Source: Candidatus Thalassarchaeaceae archaeon (GTDB lineage Archaea > Thermoplasmatota > Poseidoniia > Poseidoniales > Thalassarchaeaceae). From it: 64,000 nucleotides of DNA. The position numbers were made by a program, and so were the translations under genes. How positions within the stretch are numbered: position 1 is the first letter of the stretch; the number at the start of each line of letters is the position of its first letter. The notes under the pieces are model-generated. The model was not told where the DNA came from, made no database searches, and saw nothing but the letters and a program-made list of their open reading frames with translations. The DNA lies in assembly GCA_023268715.1 (NCBI GenBank), contig JALRLV010000003.1, positions 84,636-148,635 of the forward strand, given 5' to 3'. Positions 29,416 to 39,268 of this stretch are shown here, piece after piece.

Positions 29416-30366
29416 CTACATCTCATTGTAGGCGTGCCAAGCATCATTATTGCATAGATAAGTAAGAATTGACATTTGGGCCCACATTCTATTCTCCGCT
29501 TGGTCCAAAACTATGCTATTCCGAGAGTCAATCACGGCATCAGTAACTTCCTCACCCCTATGTGCCGGCAAACAATGCATGAATACATAATCATGATGAG
29601 CATGCGCTACTAATTCCTCATTTACTTGAAACCCTTCAAAGGCAGAAAACTTGTCAGTCATGTGTTCTTCACCCATAGAAACGAAAATGTCAGTATAGAT
29701 TACTGCGGCATTTTTCACGGCCTCAATTGGGTCATTAGTGCCAATGATTTTCGCCCCAGTCTTGGAGGCAATCTCCTCACATCGGGAAAGTACTTTTGAG
29801 TCTGGCTCCATCCCAACTGGAGTAGCATATTTCACATCATAACCTAGTGCTAAACCTGCAAGAGCTAGATCGTGAAATACATTGTTACCATCGCCAACCC
29901 AAGCGATGTGACCATCTGAATTAGCATGCTCGCGTATAGCCATTAAATCAGCTGCAGATTGACAAGGGTGGTGTAAATCAGATAGTGCATTGATTACAGG
30001 AACAGTAGCCGTTCTCGCCAATTCCTCTACATCTGCATGTCCAAAACACCGGTAGGTAATCCCATCCAAGAAGCGGGATAATACGGCCGCAGTATCCCCA
30101 ATTGATTCTGATTTTCCTAATTGAATATCATTGGCAAGTAGAGTCAAGGGTTGTCCTCCGAGACGACTTACTCCAACTTCGAATGACACCCTAGTTCTGG
30201 TAGATGGTTTTTCATAAATTGACCCGATTGACATACCTTCTAGGGGTTTGAAATCCTGGTGAATGGATTCGTCATTTTTGTATTTGATTGCCCAATTAAT
30301 TATGTCGTCCAAATCATCAATCAAATCATCGATAGCTAGCAAATCCTTCTTCTCATTGTTGCTCAT
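29416..30366 (-). CDS. argF: ornithine carbamoyltransferase
   Basis: KPSTRTR.SFE, NAL...HPCQ, GDGNN, D..VSMG and HCLPAHRG.E motifs. Confidence 0.95.
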   Translation of the reverse strand: MSNNEKKDLLAIDDLIDDLDDIINWAIKYKNDESIHQDFKPLEGMSIGSIYEKPSTRTRVSFEVGVSRLGGQPLTLLANDIQLGKSESIGDTAAVLSRFLDGITYRCFGHADVEELARTATVPVINALSDLHHPCQSAADLMAIREHANSDGHIAWVGDGNNVFHDLALAGLALGYDVKYATPVGMEPDSKVLSRCEEIASKTGAKIIGTNDPIEAVKNAAVIYTDIFVSMGEEHMTDKFSAFEGFQVNEELVAHAHHDYVFMHCLPAHRGEEVTDAVIDSRNSIVLDQAENRMWAQMSILTYLCNNDAWHAYNEM

Positions 30367-31198
30367 GTTCAATATCTCCCGCAAATCCATCTCTCGTATC
30401 TGCCATTCCGCCAAAGATTGTTTGCGCGAAGGTTAACAAATCTGCTAAGCCTTCTTCCTCCTCGCTGGAAAGCGGGATAAGCCCAGGCTGAATTGCGGCA
30501 TGTTGCATCATCCTAAGTTGGCCAATGGCAAATTCGGCTCGCGATGTACTAGAATTTTGATCCATTGATTCGGCAGCTGATTCCTCGTATAGTGCAGCCT
30601 CTAAAACATCTAGATTCTCTCCCCATTCGAGAATTTTATCCAAAATTTCGGGATCTAGTAAATCTGCTTTTGAGAGAAAGTTTGCCGTTGGAAGCCCAAG
30701 TCTAAAGTGTACGATTGAGGAAAGAAGCATTTGAGATACAAAGCCACTTGGTGTTTGTGACAACATAGGGTCGAATAAGAAGGCGAGACAAGCCCGGCCT
30801 TGACCCAAAACCTCGACTAAATGGCTGCTTGCTTCGCGGAATGCGAATAACTCAACTTGCCCCGGGGTATCAATAACCAAAATATCTCCCGAAATACCTT
30901 CAATCTCATCAAAGACATCCAGTGCCTGCGAAGCTACTAGGTCGGCGGCAAGGATTTGGGCACCATTGGGTCCAAGGTCATACTCGTCCATAACATCGGA
31001 TAGAGAGACCAAATCTCTCACATCAAATTCGGGATCATAATGGACTCTTTCCGCGCCTGGGTCGAGATTAATCGTCAGCACATCAACTTGCAAAAATCTT
31101 GCCCAGCGTTGAAACGCCGTGACAAGACTACTCTTTCCAGCACCAGCAGTTCCAACGACGAATATTACAGGAGGAGTGGTTCCGTCTTGATTGCTCAC
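30353..31198 (-). CDS. GPN-loop GTPase
   Basis: GTAGAGKS, NLDPG, LGPNG and DTPGQ.E.F motifs; start placed at GTG 31198. Confidence 0.93.
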   Translation of the reverse strand: MSNQDGTTPPVIFVVGTAGAGKSSLVTAFQRWARFLQVDVLTINLDPGAERVHYDPEFDVRDLVSLSDVMDEYDLGPNGAQILAADLVASQALDVFDEIEGISGDILVIDTPGQVELFAFREASSHLVEVLGQGRACLAFLFDPMLSQTPSGFVSQMLLSSIVHFRLGLPTANFLSKADLLDPEILDKILEWGENLDVLEAALYEESAAESMDQNSSTSRAEFAIGQLRMMQHAAIQPGLIPLSSEEEEGLADLLTFAQTIFGGMADTRDGFAGDIEHEQQ

Positions 31199-31324
31199 GA
31201 GTCTTTGCTGAGAGGAGCAGTAATTCAACCATTCGTATTTTGCTTCAGTCCGAAGGACTGTGGTCGAGCAACGGTTAAACCAATCCAATGCACGTCAGGA
31301 CCTACCTTTGAGGGTGAATCCGCC

Positions 31325-34075
31325 GTGTCCGATACTCCACCACCACCTCCCGGAATGCCCCCTATACCTCCACCCCCCCCTCCTCCAGGCTTCAACCCGG
31401 ATAACAAAGAGGTAGAAGTCGGTCTTGCAATAGAGGACACGCTAGAAGATGATACAAAGATGGAAAATATCTCCCAATCCATAGATGAATTGGCTCCTTT
31501 AGATGATAGTGAATCACCTCCACCAATACCCGCAGTATTAGGCACGCCTCCGCCGCCTCCGCCCAACTTCGATACGCCCCCACCCCCTTCCGTTGGTTTC
31601 GATATCCCTCCTCCTCCTCCCCCCGGATTCCCAGCAATTGAAGTAGAGCATGAAGTAGATGGCGAAGAAGCATGGGATGTAGAGGAGCTCGACATTCAAT
31701 CATTCGATGACACCCTAACTTCTCTAGAAGAAATGGAGGAAGAAGATTCTGATGATGAATCTCAGGATGTTTCCGACTTAAGTACCGAAGATTGGAACAA
31801 TGCTCTTGATAGAGCATTTGCAGATGAAGACGAATCTAATCCGGAATCTGAGGATTTAGATGAACCTCAAATAGCCCTATCTAGTAATCTCCGACCAGCT
31901 GGGGAAGTTGATTCAATTCCTGGCGACAAATTGTATGTTACTCTAAAGGAGAAGGAAGAATCGGTACTCAATCCAGATGGTACAGTTAGACAACAATCCA
32001 TCGATGGCGAACTTATTCTAAGAAATTCTAGTCGAAAGGACCGCGCTTGGGACATTGAAGTCTTGCTGCAAAATACTGCCTCTACAGATATAGGAGGCGG
32101 CGCAATCACAGTACGTGAATTAGATGCGACACAAACCACCACCCTTCCATATACAGCATCAGGCCCTAGAATGATGGTTCTTAGGGAGCATATTGACACT
32201 GAACCAGAGCGCCCTCAGGAATCGAGTCTATCGATGGTTTATTCCGAACATGCACAAGAGGTGCTTATACGACTTAGTGTTGAAAATATAGCACCGGTTA
32301 GTTTGACCGATGTCATAGTTAGAAGAGCACTCCCTGATAATTTTGAATTATCAGATGGCCCTGAATATGACATAAAGGACAATGAATTGATTTGGCGGAT
32401 TGGCAGACTCCCAGTTGGCGATAGCGCATCCTTAGAAATTGTTCCAAGAGTCACTACTAGGACGATTCAACGCTTCGCAACTGGCACAGTTAGTGCTGCA
32501 TATTCTTGTGAAGCAACTGTCTCAAGGGCGCAATTTGATTCGGTTAATTCTAGAGCCCGTCAATTTGGCTATGTTTCACCTAAGGAAGATGACAGACCAG
32601 ATGTATTCCACTGCAAGTTAGTTGTAGAAAATCGGTCTTCTTTCGTTGTCAGCCTTTCTGGTGCAACTGTTTGGCTAGCGGGTCGTAGTGATCCATTCTT
32701 AGAAATGGAAGATATTCGAGAGGAGATACCCCCGGAAGGGCTTTGGGACTCGATAGAAAAGAGAATAGAAGCAATAGATAAGCCCAATTTTACACATGAA
32801 ATTACCTATTCGATATTACCAAGGGCCAATGTCGAATCCACTGGAATTTTAGAATTAAAAGAAAGGAGCTTCAAGGTCTTAGATGCTGAGGTCAACAAAC
32901 AGTACAGTATTTCCCGAATACGCTCCTATGTCGCATCGGACTTAGATTGTATAACGGTAATAGAAAACACCGGGTCTGCACCAATTAACGTGATGCGATT
33001 ACTCGATGATATTCCGGGTATTTTCCAAGCACCTGCTACTAATCAAATACGAATTGAAATGGAAGGCTCAGATCTTAACGAAAATCAATACAGAATAGAG
33101 GTGGTCGATGGCACCCAGTTAGAGGAACAATTGGTGTCTCCAGATTCACAAGGCCACGCCCTAAGAATCACAGTAGGAACATCAGCGCCTCTCGGTTTGC
33201 AACCTGGTAAATCACTGACCATCACTTATCCATTGCATGCCAATGACCCATCTCCTCAAAATAAAAAACTAGCAGCCCCTATTCGTGCAGATTTTAGTAT
33301 GGAAAGATTCGGACCAGTCGCCACCCGTCATTGTAACCGAACTCCATTAATTCGTGTAGTCCATCGCCGCAGAAGGTTCTCTACCGGAAAAGAAGTCTTT
33401 CCAGCAGCGGGTCCAGGCAGATATGAAATCCTCTTAATGTTCCAAAACGACTCAGATAGTGCCCTAGAAGATTTATCTCTTCACGATGTGGTCCCCGGTA
33501 CTTTCAATATCGAAAAATCTACTGTTCGCTCAAATCAATCCGGGGAGAGAGTTGTAGACTTTAGTAAGGAGTCTGCCAGAGAAGGCACGCATGTGACCTG
33601 GCCTATTGGTAGAATCGAAAAGGATGAGCGAATAGAGGTAGTTTTTGAAATTCAAGGAGACTCCGAAAGCGAATACAAAGTAGCAGATGCTCAAGACTAC
33701 CATGGAGCAACTTTCGGGGAGGAAGTGGATGAGGAACCGAACCTACCAGACTGGGTTGATGAGTCTACTAGAATCAATCTACAAATCCCTAATGTTGATC
33801 CTCAATCCGAGCTAGACTCAGATCCTCAACCTGAGGAAAATGGAGAAGAAGATGTTGACTCAAATTCAAATGTTGATGTTGACTTGTCCATACCGCAGGT
33901 CCAGAATGTAGAGCCGATGTCCGATGAAAGTGAAGAGGCCATAGAAGATTCAGATGACTATGAGGACAATTCGCCCCAAGTAACAATAGATGCTAATGAT
34001 GTTTGTCCTGTTTGTGGAACAGAGGCTTCAGTAGGTGCATCATCTTGCGAAACTTGTAGCTTTCAATTTAGTTAA
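31325..34075 (+). CDS. large acidic protein: polyproline N-terminus, Ig-like/DUF11-like beta domains, C-terminal Zn ribbon
   Basis: Start GTG 31325; several PPPPP runs; repeated V.V.N......V.D..P.F...W.IG.L patterns; terminal CPVC..CETC; no signal peptide or TM. Confidence 0.75.
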   Translation: MSDTPPPPPGMPPIPPPPPPPGFNPDNKEVEVGLAIEDTLEDDTKMENISQSIDELAPLDDSESPPPIPAVLGTPPPPPPNFDTPPPPSVGFDIPPPPPPGFPAIEVEHEVDGEEAWDVEELDIQSFDDTLTSLEEMEEEDSDDESQDVSDLSTEDWNNALDRAFADEDESNPESEDLDEPQIALSSNLRPAGEVDSIPGDKLYVTLKEKEESVLNPDGTVRQQSIDGELILRNSSRKDRAWDIEVLLQNTASTDIGGGAITVRELDATQTTTLPYTASGPRMMVLREHIDTEPERPQESSLSMVYSEHAQEVLIRLSVENIAPVSLTDVIVRRALPDNFELSDGPEYDIKDNELIWRIGRLPVGDSASLEIVPRVTTRTIQRFATGTVSAAYSCEATVSRAQFDSVNSRARQFGYVSPKEDDRPDVFHCKLVVENRSSFVVSLSGATVWLAGRSDPFLEMEDIREEIPPEGLWDSIEKRIEAIDKPNFTHEITYSILPRANVESTGILELKERSFKVLDAEVNKQYSISRIRSYVASDLDCITVIENTGSAPINVMRLLDDIPGIFQAPATNQIRIEMEGSDLNENQYRIEVVDGTQLEEQLVSPDSQGHALRITVGTSAPLGLQPGKSLTITYPLHANDPSPQNKKLAAPIRADFSMERFGPVATRHCNRTPLIRVVHRRRRFSTGKEVFPAAGPGRYEILLMFQNDSDSALEDLSLHDVVPGTFNIEKSTVRSNQSGERVVDFSKESAREGTHVTWPIGRIEKDERIEVVFEIQGDSESEYKVADAQDYHGATFGEEVDEEPNLPDWVDESTRINLQIPNVDPQSELDSDPQPEENGEEDVDSNSNVDVDLSIPQVQNVEPMSDESEEAIEDSDDYEDNSPQVTIDANDVCPVCGTEASVGASSCETCSFQFS

Positions 34076-34078
34076 TTT

Positions 34079-34101
34079 CGGCTCACATTATATGTGAGCC
34101 G
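34079..34101. terminator. perfect 10-bp inverted repeat CGGCTCACAT-TAT-ATGTGAGCCG
   Basis: Directly visible 3 nt after the stop of the upstream gene; terminator versus operator role unresolved. Confidence 0.5.
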
Positions 34102-34141
34102 CGCCGAATCCTTCAATTGAGAGTCTCAGAGAGGGAGACAC

Positions 34142-35056
34142 ATGACGGCACCTGCTGGACAAGGTGATGCACAGAGCCAAGCAGCTTTGGGCATGATGGG
34201 TCCTATGTTCGTTTTACTCGCTGTCATGCTACTGCTAACCTTTAATCCAGGACTTCGATTATTGATGGCAGATTCCGCAGCAAGTGTGATTGAACCTACT
34301 ATCCCATTTCACTCAGATTATTTCGTGCCCACCGTATTCCTCATCGGCTCATCAATAATGATAGTCAACACAGTAATTCGTGGTTTTTTCATGGATCCGA
34401 TTACCCAAGTTCATATTGGACATAGAAATAAACAGATTTCTAAACAACTGAGAGAAGCTCAAGCCGAAAGAGATACTGCGAGAGCAGACAAGATGCGTCG
34501 TCTTCAAATGGAGTTGATGCCAGACCAGATGGCTATGCAATCTTCAATGATGAAACCGATGATGTTTACAATCATCTTCATTATCGGTATTTTCAGTTGG
34601 ATGGCTGAATCTGCAGCAGGATTCCGAGTTGGCTACGTAAGCCTTCCTTGGCAACCGATGTGGGGTATGATGGACACAATCTGCTGGATTTTCCCTGCTT
34701 GGGTCATTACCTATATTGCAATGAGTGCTCCACTTGGAAGGATAATCGACCGTCATATCAAAATCATTCGATTCGGGAGACATCCATTAGTTTTGGAAGG
34801 TACTCCAATCCCCGAACCCCTGTTACATTTGTTAAAGGATGAAGAAAAGAAATCCTCGGCTACTACTCGCCGTAGTCAACGGCGTTCACGGGATGGCCCT
34901 AGGAAGAAAGGCAATACAGAATCTCGGCGTGGAGGTAACCTTCATTCCGCTCCTCCGCAAATTGGAACCACCTGTCCGGATTGTTCCTCGACGATGGTAA
35001 ATCGTACTAGTTCAGGCCGATTACGTTGCAACGTCTGCCGTAACGAATGGAGGTGA
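34142..35056 (+). CDS. DUF106 / EMC3-TMCO1 family membrane insertase (Oxa1 superfamily) with C-terminal Zn ribbon
   Basis: TM, coiled coil and M..MKPM.FT.I.II.IF.W ... W...Y pattern; conserved position upstream of cmk and cbf5. Confidence 0.85.
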   Translation: MTAPAGQGDAQSQAALGMMGPMFVLLAVMLLLTFNPGLRLLMADSAASVIEPTIPFHSDYFVPTVFLIGSSIMIVNTVIRGFFMDPITQVHIGHRNKQISKQLREAQAERDTARADKMRRLQMELMPDQMAMQSSMMKPMMFTIIFIIGIFSWMAESAAGFRVGYVSLPWQPMWGMMDTICWIFPAWVITYIAMSAPLGRIIDRHIKIIRFGRHPLVLEGTPIPEPLLHLLKDEEKKSSATTRRSQRRSRDGPRKKGNTESRRGGNLHSAPPQIGTTCPDCSSTMVNRTSSGRLRCNVCRNEWR

Positions 35057-35061
35057 GGTAA

Positions 35062-35598
35062 TTGCTCAGAGTTACTATTAGTGGGGCACCAGGAAGTGGG
35101 ACTTCGACATTGGTAGGGAAGATTAAGGCGTCCACTGGATGGAATTCCCTAAACGGAGGCGAGGTCTTTCGCACGGAAGCCAACCGTCGTAATCTCTCTG
35201 TTGTTGAATTTAGTGAATTATGCAAGCAAGATTTGGATGTAGATCGCTCACTAGACAAACTCCTGAAAGATGCGATGACCCAATCAGGGGGTCCTGAAAT
35301 CATTGAAAGTAGATTGGCAGGTTGGTGGGCCCATGAACTTGCAATAAATTGCCTAAGGGTTTGGATCAACACATCTGATGAAGAGAGGGCTCGTCGAGTT
35401 CAGACTCGCGAAGGTGGTAGTTTTGAACAAAGACTAAACGAATCGACGGCTAGACAAAGTGCAGACAAGGAAAGATACCGAGTCCTATACGATATCGATC
35501 TTGATGAAATGACTCCATACAATTTAGTTGTAAACGCTGACAATCTTACTGCTGATGAGGTATTTTCCATAGTAAACTCAGCAATCAATGGAGGCTGA
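35062..35598 (+). CDS. cmk: cytidylate kinase (archaeal type)
   Basis: TISG.PGSGTST, G..FR, D...D, ESRLAGW and RY...Y.ID motifs; GGAGGTGA SD and TTG start. Confidence 0.92.
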   Translation: MLRVTISGAPGSGTSTLVGKIKASTGWNSLNGGEVFRTEANRRNLSVVEFSELCKQDLDVDRSLDKLLKDAMTQSGGPEIIESRLAGWWAHELAINCLRVWINTSDEERARRVQTREGGSFEQRLNESTARQSADKERYRVLYDIDLDEMTPYNLVVNADNLTADEVFSIVNSAINGG

Positions 35599-35602
35599 TT
35601 AA

Positions 35603-36568
35603 TTGCTTGTTTTAGATAATTCAGCCAAGACTGATCCAAAATTTGGATGTAATCCAAAAGACAGGACTCTTGAATCACTATTGGATGCTGGCGTAATCTT
35701 AGTTGACAAACCCAGAGGTCCCTCGAGTCACCAATTAACCGCATGGGCTAGGGAAATGTTGGGGATACAAAGATTGGGCCATGGGGGTACTTTGGATCCT
35801 TTTGCTACAGGCCTGCTTACCATGCTTTGCGGGAAAGCTACAAGGTTAACTGAAATGGTCCTTACTGGGGATAAGAAATATATCGCTGTACTCAGATTAG
35901 GTAGAGAAGTTCCTTTACCTGAGTTAGAGGATTTACTTAATTCATTAAATGGCGAAATCTACAACGTGCCTCCACTAGAGTCGGCAGTCAAAGTACGCGT
36001 AAGAACTAGGATAATCCATGAAATGAAGGTCATTGAAGATGATTCAGAGGCTAATTTAGTGGCTTTGACAATTACCTGTAACGCAGGAACTTACATCAGG
36101 ACTTTAGCCCGAGATATCGGACTTCTTTTGGATACAAACTGTGAACTTATTGAATTACATAGAGACAGAACAGGTTCGTTCAATCAATCGAATGCCTGTA
36201 CTATGCAACAGTTAACCGATGCGGTATTTCTTTGGAAAGAACATGAAGATGATACAGCTCTGCGTAGACTCATCGCGCCAGTGGAATCGATTCTCGGGCA
36301 TTTCCCTCGAATCATAGTGAAGGATGGAGCTGCCGCTGCAATTGCACATGGCGCTGCTCTAGCAAGACCAGGGGTGGTAAGCATCGATGAAGGAATAGAA
36401 AGAGGCGAATTAGTAGTTATTGAGACACTTAAGGGGGAGGCGGTGGCGATTGCAGAGACCAACTCAGGAGTCGCCAAAATTCAATCAATGGAACACGGCG
36501 AAGTTGCTAGACCCAAGGTTGTTCTAATGCAGGCAGGAATTTATCCTCAAACATGGCAGAAGGGCTGA
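35603..36568 (+). CDS. cbf5: H/ACA pseudouridine synthase Cbf5 (TruB family)
   Basis: DKP.GPSSHQ, GHGGTLDP, PP..SAVK, GTYIR and PUA domain ...T.KGE. Confidence 0.95.
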   Translation: MLVLDNSAKTDPKFGCNPKDRTLESLLDAGVILVDKPRGPSSHQLTAWAREMLGIQRLGHGGTLDPFATGLLTMLCGKATRLTEMVLTGDKKYIAVLRLGREVPLPELEDLLNSLNGEIYNVPPLESAVKVRVRTRIIHEMKVIEDDSEANLVALTITCNAGTYIRTLARDIGLLLDTNCELIELHRDRTGSFNQSNACTMQQLTDAVFLWKEHEDDTALRRLIAPVESILGHFPRIIVKDGAAAAIAHGAALARPGVVSIDEGIERGELVVIETLKGEAVAIAETNSGVAKIQSMEHGEVARPKVVLMQAGIYPQTWQKG

Positions 36569-36638
36569 GATTAGTGCATCTCATGCTCTTCGTAAATCCA
36601 CTCTTCAGTCTCTATTCTGACCTTTAGTTTCATCATTG

Positions 36639-36782
36639 CAAACACACACCACCGGCTCGCTAGACGAGCGCGGTAGGCTTAATTGGCCGTCGATTATGGT
36701 ATAACTATTCCCTGATTTACAACGATTATCAGCCGTACGGAGGCCTTCAGGTACGGGTTTCCGAGTGTTGGGGTGTTGTTTG
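36639..36782. ncRNA. candidate structured non-coding RNA (unassigned)
   Basis: Closing stem CAAACACACACC/GGTGTTGTTTG enclosing several hairpins in a 220-bp convergent intergenic gap. Confidence 0.4.
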
Positions 36783-36788
36783 GATACC

Positions 36789-39164
36789 CTATCGCTTCCG
36801 ATATGGCTTTCTAATCCGCCCAGGTCCAAATTGTAATGCAGCTATTGAAATCGCAATTAATCCAATTGATAAGATAATAATTGCAGGGCCTCTATCTGCG
36901 GAATCTTTACCAGTTCCTGAATCTCGACCTTGCGAATTTACTGATATCTGGTACTCATTGTTGATTTCATTCGATTCTTCAATTGAGGCGGTGCCGTCTA
37001 CTAATCCCATAATTACAATGTCTCCAGAAGTAATTATCTGTGTGTCACATGTAGCAATAGACAAGCCTCCTGGCGCGACACTATCGAGAATAGTTGAGCC
37101 TACTAACATTCCATCAACCCAACATCGCACTTCGACTGTATTGGCAACACCTCTGCCTTCGTTTCGAACGTATATCTTGAGTTGAACTACATCGCCTTCT
37201 TCAACAGAGTCAACAATAACGTTTCCTTTCCAAATTTCCAAATTCTCTATCGTTAAATCCGGCTGAGCCGTGACTATCACTTCCAAATCTTGTACTTCGG
37301 AGTATGTGCCATCACTAACTGTGATTTCGACAATGTGGGTTCCCGGCTCAACAGGTGTCAAAATCAAATCTCCAAAGGAATCTACATTAGCCCAAGATCT
37401 TGATGTGGAAATTGATAATTCAGAAGAGTCGGGATCGTTGATTTCAATATCAATTACTTTACTATCTCCAAGGTTGATGTAGGTCAATACGGGCAATCCT
37501 GAAATTGTGGGTGCGTCTTCAACCGCAAGGACATTTACGCTAAATCTTCCATCCCACATATTCCCTGAATCGTCTATGACTTCTACATTTATCCACGCTT
37601 CTCCATTGGCATTAGTCAGAGGCTGGATTCTAATGTCTCCAGATGATGCAGACACGGCAAGGAGCTCAGTATTATCTGTCCATGCATTAACTTCTAGATC
37701 TTGCCAATCTGTTAGGTCGTCTTCACACCTACTTGCCATTGCAATGAGTATACCCCCTTCATCTTCAATCAATTCTTGGTGAGACGGGGCGGAGCATACT
37801 ACATCTCGGTCCCATTTTAAATTGTAGCCACCTTGTATAGAGATAGATTCAATGTGTACAACTGTTGTTTCTGCTACTCCGTTCGAAGACCACTGAAATC
37901 TTGAAGCCACACCGAATTCCAATTCATTTGTCCCTATGGGTAAGGCATAACCAATTGGGACTTCAAATGAAAATACGCCCGCCTCAATTGGCACTTCTTG
38001 GAGAAGTTGATTTCCAATTGCAAATCTAATATTGCTATATTCTTGAACTAAGCCTTGAGTTGAACCGGCTATTGAACCAACGACCACTAGTTTTGGGTCA
38101 TTAACATCTATCCTAGCCGAACTTACGCAACCGTCAAAAATTGTTATTCGGACTGAATTTGTATCGTCTCGATATTGTAGTAAATCTCCATTTGAATAGG
38201 TTTCATAATCTTCCATAGGTGAGGGACCTTGAGAAATTGCTTCTATTGTATAATTTCCTTCACCAAAGACATGAATTCTTCCTAATTCTTGGTCATAGGG
38301 AACTTCAACGTCGAAACTCCAGATACCTTCAACACCTTCTTCAGGAGTTAAGCCACAAGATTCAGTTAGCAATCCTGAAATTTCTCCATCATAAGGCCCA
38401 AAGTCGAGTACTGGCATACTAAGACCTGCAATTTCGTGAATTGCTTTAGCAGTCTCAAATGAGTACCATGGTTGGTGATATTTTACTCGAATTCCAACTG
38501 CATCTACTCTAATTTCTGAATCATCCGGGGCGCCGTCAGAGACATAGTCCACAGTTACATACGCATCTTCCAAATCACCCCAATTCCATTCTTGTAAATC
38601 GTCAATATTTTCCACCAATGGAGTTGTCATCCGATTAACCGGTCCAAACGTTCTTGCAATAGTTTTGACTAATTTCTCCGGGCCATTTGCCTCTATTGTT
38701 ATACGAATTTCATCTGAGGGTAATGAATCTGGAATTGATATGTGCATGACCAATGAAACATTTGCTAACACCTGACTTTCTAAACCAGGGAAAGAAAACC
38801 CTGACAAGGTAATATCAGGGCCAGTAGACCATGTATAGGAACCATCGGGATTTCCTAGTGAAAAGTTGGATTCAGTGGGGCTGAATGAGGCCCAAGAGGT
38901 ATGAGTTTGGAAATTATCTGGACGGTTGTGTGTGAATGACAACTCTCCATCAGCAATCATCCCCACAGTGTGGTCGGCTGGTTGTTCTGAAAAGGCGGCT
39001 TTGGTCGAAATAGTCCAATCACTAGCATCATCAAAAGATCCTGCTTCTAGTAGCTCTATTCTATTTGATTCGATGACCGTATCTCCTGTGGTTAAAGGGG
39101 ATAGAATTGCAATTATCGCTAGGGCTGTCAAACCAAAGCTTAGACCCTCGCAACGACTCATCAA
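36789..39164 (-). CDS. secreted surface protein with Ig/cadherin-like and CARDB domains and a C-terminal TM anchor
   Basis: Signal peptide; V.DAP, PDL.I...V.N.G and D....I.ESNE.NN CARDB motif; TM followed by basic tail. Confidence 0.85.
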   Translation of the reverse strand: MMSRCEGLSFGLTALAIIAILSPLTTGDTVIESNRIELLEAGSFDDASDWTISTKAAFSEQPADHTVGMIADGELSFTHNRPDNFQTHTSWASFSPTESNFSLGNPDGSYTWSTGPDITLSGFSFPGLESQVLANVSLVMHISIPDSLPSDEIRITIEANGPEKLVKTIARTFGPVNRMTTPLVENIDDLQEWNWGDLEDAYVTVDYVSDGAPDDSEIRVDAVGIRVKYHQPWYSFETAKAIHEIAGLSMPVLDFGPYDGEISGLLTESCGLTPEEGVEGIWSFDVEVPYDQELGRIHVFGEGNYTIEAISQGPSPMEDYETYSNGDLLQYRDDTNSVRITIFDGCVSSARIDVNDPKLVVVGSIAGSTQGLVQEYSNIRFAIGNQLLQEVPIEAGVFSFEVPIGYALPIGTNELEFGVASRFQWSSNGVAETTVVHIESISIQGGYNLKWDRDVVCSAPSHQELIEDEGGILIAMASRCEDDLTDWQDLEVNAWTDNTELLAVSASSGDIRIQPLTNANGEAWINVEVIDDSGNMWDGRFSVNVLAVEDAPTISGLPVLTYINLGDSKVIDIEINDPDSSELSISTSRSWANVDSFGDLILTPVEPGTHIVEITVSDGTYSEVQDLEVIVTAQPDLTIENLEIWKGNVIVDSVEEGDVVQLKIYVRNEGRGVANTVEVRCWVDGMLVGSTILDSVAPGGLSIATCDTQIITSGDIVIMGLVDGTASIEESNEINNEYQISVNSQGRDSGTGKDSADRGPAIIILSIGLIAISIAALQFGPGRIRKPYRKR

Positions 39165-39268
39165 TTAGCAACGGTAGAGAACTACGCTTCAATCCGTTGG
39201 TCTCTAGAGTCTGGGCTACTTCACGCGGAACGCTTGAAATATGGTCTGTCTGTCGAACATCCACATAC

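Noticed and set aside
31225-31817. Gly-rich minus-strand ORFs
   Set aside because: They are antisense shadows of the polyproline-coding region.
36639-36782. Resemblance to 5S rRNA (CCCGTACC, TTAAGCCTACCGCG) or SRP helix 8 (AGGGAATAG) on the minus strand
   Set aside because: No 5S helix II partner strand or CCGAAC loop, and no CAGG..GGAA..AGCA SRP motif; kept only as an unassigned structured element.
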